Positions 24,601 to 35,900 of a stretch of DNA of 64,000 nt are shown piece after piece; within the stretch, counting starts at the first letter, position 1; the number at the start of each line of letters is the position of its first letter. The notes below the pieces were generated by a model. The model made no database searches and was not told the origin of the DNA. It worked only from the letters and a program-made list of their open reading frames with translations. Source of the stretch: Eutreptiella sp. 'Long Island Sound 2002' (lineage: Eukaryota > Protista > Euglenida); assembly GCA_964036045.1 (NCBI GenBank), contig OZ038378.1:84940001-85004000 (forward strand). Direction: 5' to 3'. Made by a program: the position numbers and the translations under genes.

Positions 24601-27600
24601 AGGTGTGCGCACACACGCCTTTGCCCTGTTTAGGGGCAGAGACACGCTTTCCGAGGACTGCGGAATTGTGGGTACCTCATGCCCACACTACCCGCACTGC
24701 CAGCTCCGTTTGTGCCATATTTTCCATGGGAACCAAACCGGAGTGTGACGGACTGGACAGGTGGTTGCAGGACCATGTGTCAGAATCTTGTGTCAAGGAG
24801 CATTCCGATTGCCGCAAAGGGGACCCGTGAGCAACTGTGTCGCTGGACTACTGCTGTGACGCAGAGGCCGAGAATTTCTCTCCAGAGCCTCCCACAAAAC
24901 CTTCCGATATTGCGCCGTAACTGGTGTACTTTTTTTGTTTACTGTAACGCGAATTGCAAAAAAAAAAAATAACAATGGGTTGCAACAGCAAAAAAAAAAA
25001 AAGTACCTTTATTCTTCACTTTCTTGGTGCAGGTGCAAATTCATTTGCCTGTCGGACCCAGCGGTCCAAAATTCGGTGTGTGTGGGAGGGTGGGGCTGCT
25101 TTGCTGCAGAAGCGTACTGAATTTTTGCCATACACACAGCACAAAGCAATACAAGAGGTGAGACAATTGAGCTATTTACAACATTGGCATGTGGGATTTA
25201 GCCCCCCTGACACCTCATTTATGCAGTCTTTCATTTATACATGAGCATATTATGCATGGGCCAGACACGTTTAGCTCCAGCACAGAGGCTCAGCAAGCAC
25301 ATCACAGATTCCTCTGCAGGAACAACACAGCAACATTGCATAAGCTCATGAGCAGGACAGATGAGGCAGAATGGGGCATATGTGTCCTCCGGTATGTCCG
25401 TGATCCGTGGTGGGCAGCCGTGTGGGAGAGAGGGTGATGGTGGGACTTCAGGCCGTGGACCATAAATGATATTGCACCATGCATTCCACAGACAGGACCA
25501 GACAGGACGAGTACACAGCAACGGGACTGGCTGAGTTTGAAGGTGCTACAGTTACTCAAGGGTTTACGGATGGCTCTGGACTTGAAAGATCATGCACGTG
25601 TTAAATATCTCCACAGATCTATCCACACAAATGTCCATCCCATTGTCCCTGAGTTCATCGGGGTTGTCCCAAATGTGCCCCCCCCCACAGAAAAGTGCAA
25701 TGCGCACAGTGCTGCACAAGGTAATCCGCAAAACGTCATTGAAATCCTAGGAAAAGAGGCTGCACGCAAACTGGTAGGTGTTGTCCGAAGCAGACCCAAC
25801 ATATTGCAAGCTGTATTCACGTGCACGGCACGCCAACACCACATGTCACTTGCACACCCCACATGCACGTGCACAGAACACATACACACCCTTTCCAAGT
25901 ATGGCAATCTGTGTGACTGTGATGGCCACGTGGCCCTTGTAGCCATCCGCATCCATAATTGGTGGCCGTGGGACCCGCTGCCCATTTTAGGTACTAAATA
26001 GCATGATATGGTTGTCAACGCCATAAATGCGTCCGGAAAAAGGGTTCAAGGCACAATACATGATCTATCCACACTTCATCCCTTTCATATGTTCCGGGAA
26101 ACTGGTCTTTGTCTGAAATTCAATCAGTCGCAGGCACACTCAGCCACAGCATGTATGTAGGCATCGTGGATAAGGCACCAGGTTAGATGTACAGGTTCTG
26201 TCGCAGTTGGATATGGGATACCACACTTGACTTTTTACACATGGAAGGATACAAACAGGATGATACTACCCCCTCTTGGATCGCAAAGCTCCTCAAAGAG
26301 GTTATGGATTACCACAAGTGGCCACACAATCTGAGGGCACAGATGTGTTGCCTATAAACAAGGGGGGGGGGGGCTGGGAAAAATTCGCGCGAATTTTTTT
26401 CCACCCCCCCCCCTCCTCCGGTGTCAAGCGTAAGTCGCTTATTTTTTTTTAATTTGGTGTAAGTCGCTTATTTTTTTTTGGCGTAAGTCGAGTGTGGAAA
26501 AAAAAACTCGAAAATGTATGGTACGCAACTTGCAATTTTTTTGTGACGCAACCTACACCTAAAAAAAAGTTACGCGTTTTGCGCTTATCAAAAAAAAACG
26601 TGAGCTGCGCTTTTTTCGTTACGCGACCTACACTTTTTTGTATAGGCGACCTACGGCAAAAAAAATAAATCAGCGAGTTACACTTTTTTAAAAAAAAAAG
26701 CGAGGTCCCCGGCACCATCCCAAAGAATGGGTGGGAGGGGGAGTTGAGTTGCCCGAAGCCCGGAGAATCTCCTCTTGCCCCAGCCTCCAACTCTGAGTCC
26801 CCGCCCCCATCTACTTCCCCCCTCCTTTTTGATGAAGAGGATCCTCTTTCGGAACCCGAGGGCAACATTGCTGCCTCCTCCTTGGAGCCAACAGTTGGAG
26901 AATCTACTGCCTTCCCGGCCTCCAACTCCGAGGACGTGCCCCAAGATGGGAAGTCAGTGAAGGGCACTGTTAAGGTTATTTCCGCCATCTGCCGGCGATG
27001 AGTATAAAAACCACTCTTCACGCCATGGCTCCATTGCTTTACCCGTGCCGGAGGTACCCAAAATGTCCGTGGGGGCTATATGCTTCACCTCCTCCGGTAG
27101 CAATGGCGGTTGTTGGGTGGTTCTTGTGTTTCCCCGCTTTTTTTTTTTTTTTTTTGGAAAAAAGGGTTTTTCGTTGCCATACACGACTTATGCCAAAACA
27201 AAAGTTTACACGACTTACGCCAAAAAAAAAAGCGACTTACGCTAATTTCCACAATCGAGCTATGCTTTCCTCCCTCTTGCGGGGGTACCCCCCGAGAAAA
27301 AAAACTAGCACCCCCTATAGGAATTTTTTTTCCCAAGGAGGATTTGCGTGTAACCTTCATTTTGCTACAGTGTGCGCCATTTGCTTCATCTAGCAAAGTT
27401 GGGTTTTCACCCCATGTGTCTAAACTCAAAATACTCAGATTTTTTAGGAGAATTCAATAATGGATGAAAACCGTTTTGGACCAAATATGAATACCATCTC
27501 TGTGCAGACATCTGTCAGGGATGGCCTGTACCCTCGTGGGTAAACATTGCATCTGTGATGGGAAGGTCTCTGGTTCAAATCCTGGGGCTGGTAATCTCCA

Positions 27601-29830
27601 TGTTTGTAGGTTGGATGTGGGACGCCATGGAAATTTTTTATTTTTTGCTTTTTGTTGCTTTTTTGTGCTTTGATCTTGTCCCCTTTGTTGGGGACCCCCC
27701 GGAATGCAGGGGTTATATAGTCATTTCCGCCCACTTTTGGGCCTACCGATAAGAGGGTAGGATGGGCGCTGCATTGCAGCTAGAACAAACCGGGGGTCTT
27801 TGTGCCCTAAAACACAAATACCACCCACATGGGCTGAAACATCGATGGTTACCTTGAAAAATATCCTCCTTGCACCTTCCAAACCCAAAGAGGTGGGGTA
27901 GAGTTGAGGAAATTTCAGGTTTTGGGGCCTGGAAAAAATTTCGCGCGATTTTTTTTTGTACCCCTCCCCTCCTCTGGGGGTACCCCCCGAAAAAAAAAGT
28001 TATCTGCCGGTACCAGGAATTATTTTTCTCCCCCCCCCCCCGCCTATACATCATAGGGAAAGGGAAGAGCTTGGCTCTTGGGACCAAGTTGCAAAGGTCC
28101 ATTGCAGCATACCCCCAACTCCAAGTCAATCATATGCTTTTGCGCACGGCAGGCCGCGCATTGAGGACGTGTTTGCGATTCCTAGTGGACAAAATTCCAT
28201 GTGCATTCCAAATAATTAAGGTCAATGACATGGTACCATGCTTTGAGTGAGATGTGAGTAACAGTGGTGTATGAGCTGGATTGCAAAGACTAGTTCAACA
28301 AAATGCAACTAGCATGGTTCAAATCACACATGACAGAGGCATCAGAGTGGCCGGGGAAATGTTATAAATGGCGCACCTCAGGAATGATATGGAGCATCAA
28401 TCACACGTGCAGAGCCCCGGACAAGGCTGGCAAGGCTAACGCAGCACGGTTCAGGTGGATTAGTCATCAGGAGCTCACCAATTTAGTTCTGTTTGAGCTC
28501 AAACAAAACAATTGGTGTCGGGCATGTGGTAAGCTTTGGTGTTGTGATTTATGCATACCAACAGGGGGCTCATTTTTAGCACAAAGTGCAGCTGTACATA
28601 GTGTGTGGAATACGTCAAGCATGCCCACCACTTTCGTGCACTTGGCGACCTGCAGGTCACAGCAATGGGTTATCCATAGTGGCAGGGTCGGTATGTGATG
28701 CACTCTGACAGTTTAGGGACAACATTGTGCTTGGTATAGATGCCCCTCCCAGGACCGATAGCAACTCATAAACACTGTCTGTGACATCCTACAGCATGCA
28801 TGGAGTTTGAGGGTGGTTTGTGACTGTATGGCGAGCAACACCACCTGCACTTGTCACTGCTGCACACTTGTTACCAAAACCATGGGGTACATGTAGGTCT
28901 GGGGGCCCACAGGACAGGGACTCGCATTTGTTGAACCGTCGGCTTTAACTGCCATGTGGCAGCTGCGACTGGGACACATTACTCACTTCAGAGACTGTAT
29001 ACAAAGGTTACCTGGGATCCATCTTCACAGGTGTGTTAAAAAACAGGGTACAGTGGACACGTTCTTGGATTGATGAGATTTTTTCAGCGGCAGCCTGGCT
29101 GCAAGTAGCCATGTTGTGTGGCTACAAACGTGAGCTGGCGATGCGCACTATGCACAAAGGGTTACACAGGGCACTGGTCACATCGGAACACAACACACGA
29201 GCCACTGTCAAAGCTGTGTACTCACAGAGTTACCACATGCCAACCCCCGGTGCAAAGGCAGTATTTCGACGGATGGCTTCAGAAACATGCCTTTTGGGAG
29301 GGAGGGAGATACGTGTCATTGCGGTTGCCTGATGACTACATGGTGCAGGGCATCACGGGTGACTGGTGTGATGATTATGGATGCCTTGCGGTTTTAAAGA
29401 ATTGTTGTACTGTTGCAAACTGTGTGTGGCGCCCCTGGGTAACTGGGTGCAACAGCAGGCTGGTGAAGTAGACTACATCGCCGGGGTCAATTGGAGTGGA
29501 GGGGGGGGGTGACCATGCTGTGGCATGCAGGGCTGGGCTGGGCTGGACAGGGGGCAGGATGGCAGGCTGGGCTGGGCTGTGCTGCGCTGATCTGACCTTT
29601 ACCCCATTCAGACTGTCTGCGCTGCCGACATGGCAGCGCTGTTTCCGCTGTTTCCGTCTGTCCACTGCAGCTTTGGTGTGAGCGGCTGGACACCTTCATC
29701 CTCTTCCACTTCCATCCACTTCTAGAAAGGCGCCTAGCCGCCAATGGTCATGACTGCTTTTTGACTGATTGGTCAGCCTGACGAGATTTCTTACATGCAG
29801 CGCCTTCTCTGTGCCTGTTTATCACTACCT

Positions 29831-29915
<85 letters not shown>

Positions 29916-29929
29916 GTGCGTGTGTGTGT

Positions 29930-29965
<36 letters not shown>

Positions 29966-32900
29966 GTGTGTGTGTGTGTGTGTGGAAAAGGGGGTCCCAT
30001 GACTGAGCAGTACCATTCAAAAATTTCTGCGAGCTTCTGTGATTTGAGTGCGCGGGCCGGCAGGTAACGGCTCGCTCAGCATCTTTGAAAGTGCACGGGT
30101 GGTTGTGTCCCCAAAGGTCAGACCTCCTTTCTTTTACATGGTTTGGGTGGTCTCAATGGCCTTTATTGCCTCTTTTTTGGCAGATCCAGTCGGGGAGGGG
30201 GAAAAGCAGAAACTGATGACCGGGGCTCCGCATCAGGTTTCCATCATTCATCAATTGCAGCGCACATCCCCCTCATCAAGCGGGGGCCAGAAAATAGGCT
30301 CAGTTACTGGAGCCCCCTTTTGAGCACTCACGGAAACACGGCTCACGCAAGGGGCCCAGAATGCAATGGCCTTCATGGCAAGACAGAAGGGGTGGCAACC
30401 CTTTTGGGGAGCCCCCCTACTATCCAAGACAGGTGGCATTTGGGGAGCTGCCCCAGGAGGGGCGGCCCTTCTGGTACGGGAAAAGTGGCCGGCAAAGCAA
30501 GCTCAGCGGGACCCGGGATGCACACTAAGTGAGGAACTGTGGAATTCAGGCAGGTGGCTGCACGTCATCGTGACCCCAGCGGATGGTAAACGCCCCCTAA
30601 ACGTGATTGTGGTGTATGGGATCCCAGGAGACCACAAGCTAAATGGCAAGCTATGGGAGGCAGTGCTGACCCAGGTTGCAAAGCTGGGGAACTCCCCCTT
30701 TCTGATAGCCACGGATGCCAATGTCCAACTAGATCACTACCGCTGCATGCCCAACCTCATGATGACGGAGCTGCTGTCGGGGCGCATTGTGGATGTCGAC
30801 CTCTTACATGCACGGACCACGGGACAGGACTGCCAGTGCTCGTACCACAATGGCTCCATCAAACAGAAACCAACCAGAATTGATGGTATTTTGGCAGATG
30901 CCAAGACGGCCAGTGCCATCATGAAAGTCTTACCAACCGAAAGATGTCCCGTGCCTGGACACAAGCCGGTCACCTTCACCTTCAATTTCAAGCAGTCTGC
31001 CCAGCGGGTTCTGAAGTTTGTGCGGTTACCACCCATGATACCAGCCCACCTGCAGAAACGCAAGCGAGACCAAATAGTGAAAGACGTCACCGAACCATAC
31101 GTGGCGATATGGGAGGAAGTCCTAGACAATGAGGCGTCCACGGCAGATCAACTGTGGGACCTCTGGACATGGCTGGCTGAAGAAACCATGCTGGTCCTGA
31201 CCATGGCACCGCCGCCAGCGGTCAGGACAGGAATATGCCAACTACCACTGGCTCCCCAAGAGTTGCCGAGAGGACGGGGAACCAAGAAGATGCTCAAGAC
31301 AGTGGAGCTCACGCCGAAGCGCATGACGTCGTCAGGACTCCCGTGCACTGCACCAACTAAGGAGATGTCCGCCCTGCTGAGCGCCCTAGTGCCGGTGATG
31401 AAGTGGGCGGCAAGCAGGGAACAAGCCGTGGTCCCTGTTATGGGCCCCGTACCGCGAGAGGTCCTCAACAATTGGAAGGCGATACGCAGGAGGGCCCACC
31501 GCATTCTTCAGCTCATCTCCAAAGGGCAATGTGTAGCAGAGCACCAAGAACTACTGCGCACGGTGATGGAGGCTCCAGAAAGTGCACCCATGACCATTAC
31601 CGACTTGGTCCGACTCAGTGATAAGATTAAAATGCTGAGTAGGCGGCAACTGGCTCACGAAGAGAAGAAGAGGCACCAAGATTGGAGAGAATGGATTGAG
31701 GAGACCTGGACCACATCTCCTGGGAAGGTGTACCAATGGATCAAAGAGGACAAGTACACGCCCACTGTCCTGATCCAGAAAGAGGACGGCACCTTGACTG
31801 GCAATGTGCCCGAAATGGACCTCGTGATACACCAGAAATGGGACCCGATAATGAGGCAGCACGCGGATCCGACGCTGCCGGAGCCGGAAACTGAACCCTT
31901 CTGGCGCAGGTTCGGCAAATATGTGGAGCATCACCAGATGGAATGTCAGCCCATCACCGCGGAGCGCCTCTGCCGTCAGTTCAAGGACATGAAACGCGGC
32001 CGGGCCACAGGTCTAGACGGATGGACTGTCGTAGACATGCGGAACATGCCATGGCCGCTACTGCACATGCTGGCTCAGCTGTTAAACTGGGTTGAATCCC
32101 ATGGCGTATGGCCTGAGCAACTTGCCACAGGGTACATTCCGCTGATCCCCAAAGGCGAGGGCAGTGAGCCGCTACAGCTCAGGCCGCTGTCGGTGCTGAC
32201 TGCGATTTATGGCGCCTGGTCCGGTATCCGACTCCGTGACTGCCTCATCTGGCAGGAGAAGTGGGTGCACCGAAATGCATTTGCCTTCAGGCCGCAGAAG
32301 AGCGCCCTGGACGCAGCAACTCTGCTGGACGCAGCAACTCTGCTGGCCGCCCTCATTGAGCGAGCACACCTACTGAAGCAGGCATTATCTGGCGCTGGCA
32401 CTGACTATGTGAAGTGTTTTGATTTGATACGACAACAAATCTCCTTCCGGATGGCACGAGAGTTCGGCCTGGACCCCAAACCGCAGGCGGCATTGGAGGC
32501 CATGTATCAACAACTACACAGGGCGTTCAAAATAAACGGGGCGCTGGGCTCCTTTTTTCACGCCACGAACGGCGTACTGCAAGGGTGCGCCATGAGCGTA
32601 CTCATGATCAACATGCTCACCACAGTCTGGATGCGTGCCGTGGACGAGCTGGAAGGAGCTATCTCAGTGACGGTACACAGCCTGCCGCCCATACCGCCCA
32701 AGCTGGAAGAGCCCACGGAGCTGAGATACAGACGTAAACCCTCCCCGTCCACCGCAGTGTCCCGCTTTCGGCCACCACCGGCCCCGAGCAGGTGCGTTAT
32801 GAAGACCTTCGGCTCGGGGATTGACCAGTTTGAATATTGGGAACACTCCAACCCCTGCACATGTGGCCATGGACCTCCACTTCCACCTCCGCAATCGCAG

Positions 32901-35900
32901 CCGCCACACCCCTCCTCCGCACCTGAGCCTGAACGCGATGGGCTGGTGGAAGAAGAAATGGCAGCATCGGGGGAGTCCCCACCCCACAGCCCAGTGAAGC
33001 TCAGGGGTGCTCAGCCCCAGCCACAAGAGGCGGGCACGATCCAGGTCGGGTCCATGGGCTATGCAGATGACACGTATCCGCTGCGATCTGAGGGCCAATA
33101 CATGGCGCCGGTGATGCAGCTCACTGATGAGTGGCTGGCTCTCACCCTGCAAAAAGTGAACCCCAAGAAGTCACTGTCCATACAAGTACGACAATCCAAG
33201 GAAATTGCCCGCAAACACACGGTACTCCAAGGGATCTCACTCCCCCTCCAAGCTGAATTCCGCTCGCTAGGGGTGGGTATTCGTACCAGCCTGACCAGGG
33301 GGACTGGCCCGCTCCTGAAAAAGAGGACATCCATGTCCCCATGTCCAGGCATGCGCTCTCATACCTACAGCTCACAGGAGCTATCACTCCTGAGCGTGCG
33401 TCACGCATAGTGGTGGTAAGCACCCCAGAGGGGCAGCGCACCCCACTACCGACACGCAGCTCGGAGCAGCCTCCGCACGAAAAGGGACGCGACATCCCCC
33501 CGGGGATAGCAAGGATGTTGCAGCAGATCCGGATGCCCCCAGCAAGGCCACAACCGCTACAGCCCCGAAGGGAACCACGGCCCAACGAGCGGACTTCACG
33601 CACCGCCGTCCTGCCCACCGGCCCTCCGATGGGGTTCAACGTAACTAGCACCCCGTCTCCGCGGGTGCTGAGCAGGCCAGGGCAATTCTCGCCATCTCCG
33701 GCATGGTCGCCGGCGGTGACTTCCAGTTGGCACTCCGTGCGGCACGTGACCCCGGAGCATTGGTCGCCCGCATGCACACCAGGGGGGGGGTCTAACCGAC
33801 AGCAGGATTCACCTCACCTGCCCCCTGTCCTGCTGGCGCCCCTATTTGAGAGCGCAATGTCTACCCCGCGAAGGGACAGCACTCAGAGTGCGTCTGATGA
33901 GGACGTGCAACAGTATGCCGTCCGGTGTTCTACCCCCCCCGATCTGCCCCCCACCCTGCTGGCGCCACTTTTTGAGAGCGTGATGTCTGCCTCGCGAGCG
34001 GGCAGCACTCATTGTGAGTGCGATGAGGACATGGGTCAGTATGAAGTCCAGTACTCTACCCCACCCTCCGTGGGGGAGTGGCCCCCTAACCCCTTTACCT
34101 TTCCCTCTCTTCGCGGAGCGCGGCGTCTCTGCACGGAATTGCCTGGCATGGCCCGACAGGGCCAGGGATGGGTTCGTGACCCCCATGCACAACACTCCAC
34201 CATGCTGTACAGCATGCAGGAAGGTGCTCTGTCTTCCAACAGCGCGGAGGGGCTCATGAAGCATGGACGGGCCTCACGTGAGGCAACCTAAAGGACGGAG
34301 GGGGGAGCCTCTTGTCATACAGGGCGGCAGCTCTCCAGAAACCCGCGCGACTTGCCCCTTGGGTGAGTCTGGGGGCTGGAATGGGTAGAAGCCCCATGGG
34401 CTATTGCTCCTTAATATGATTTCCTTCCTACTGGAGCCCCTTTTGAACAGGGCGGGGGGGGGGGGGGGGGCTCGAGTGGGCTCCACCCCCCGCAAATGAC
34501 TTTTTCCCCAGCCTCAACTTTACAGCAAATACAAGAAACAATTGCTTGCCTTACGCTTGCTTTCGTATGTGGGTTACATTTTTTTTTGCACTGCACATAG
34601 GCCGGGGGGGGGGGGGATGGACTGGGCACGTTATGCAGAGCTCCCTCAACCCCACTTGCCCCAGGCGCTGTCTCCGGGGAGGTCGGCGTGCTGGACCTGG
34701 CCACTTATCACTACCGTGCGCTGCTGCGGACCCACACCGCGGATGTGGTGGCAGCAGCAGTGCACCCAACAAAGGCGGAAATGGTGACGGTTGCCAGGTA
34801 TGCCCTGTACAAGGAAAAACATGCTAACCTCGGAGAGTGGCGGGTGGGCCCAGGTGGACAGTCTGAAGCACAAAGTCAATACCATCCGGGGCCTCTGCTG
34901 AACGCGTCCTGTGCATGGGGTGCATCGCTCGGTGCCCATGTAATGTACAGTCTTTGTGGCCCATACCGAAGGTCAAACCAGCATGGTGCACCACAGTTCT
35001 CCAATCCATATCCCTTGGGTTTTTCTGTAATAGGGGGGCAGTGGGGCATAACATCCAACAGAAACTGTTGCGTGAGTCGCCTTGGGCGGTGAGTACACCA
35101 CGCAGGAGTGCTTACCAGAATCTGAGGCATTGGAAATTGCGCTCCTGCAAGTCTTATGGCCCACATACAGGCCAGTCATCGCTGAGCCATCGCACGCAGC
35201 CTTGTCCCTCAGGATTTGCCAGAAACAATAGTTGCAAGGATGCTGTGTTCCTTTTGTGGTGCTTTTTTTTGTTGCTTTGCACAGTACATGTCGTGCGGTT
35301 CTGGAGTTCGGGTAGTTCCTTGGAGTGGTTTGGTATCTTTCTGGGATAGATACTCAAAGCTCGCATGCCTGTCTGCGCGCACCATGTGGCCGCTTTGCCA
35401 TAGCCATAGCCCCCCCGTCTACTTTTTCTCAACAGGCAAACTGCCTGAAACTGCCGGGCACCACTGATGTTCAGCACTTGGTGATCCGCACCCCCTAGCC
35501 CTGGCCACATTCCGCACATCAGTGGTTTAGAGCACCCCCCACACTTCCCTGTGTTGGGAAAGACTTCGTGTGGAGCATGGACGCCCAGGGGCTGCGCCCC
35601 TGCGAGCAGAGGGACAACGGTCCCGCTCTCAATTGTCAAAAATGTGTATGCCCCCACTGTCCGTGGACAAGCAATGCAGACAATTTCTTCCTCGAAACCC
35701 GGACGAGTTCGTATACCCGGAAGTACCGGCACTGTTACTGATCTTTTACGGCACGCCCCCCACACTCCACCCACCCACCCACCCCTGGCATGTGCAACTC
35801 CGCTTCCCCTGAGCCAAACAAACGAATGACGTACTGAGGAGAACGGGGATGTGAGCCATCGCTTTGCGAAGACAACACCTGTCTGCATGGGGGATGACGG

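Noticed and set aside
26040-26100. APE-like TYxR...IDHVL motif on the - strand
   Set aside because: It is a single short motif; upstream APE motifs are not convincingly present and the downstream sequence is Cys-rich and unlike APE.
29791-30067. His/Thr- and Cys/Val-repeat ORFs
   Set aside because: These are translations of the (GT)n/(GCGT)n microsatellite.
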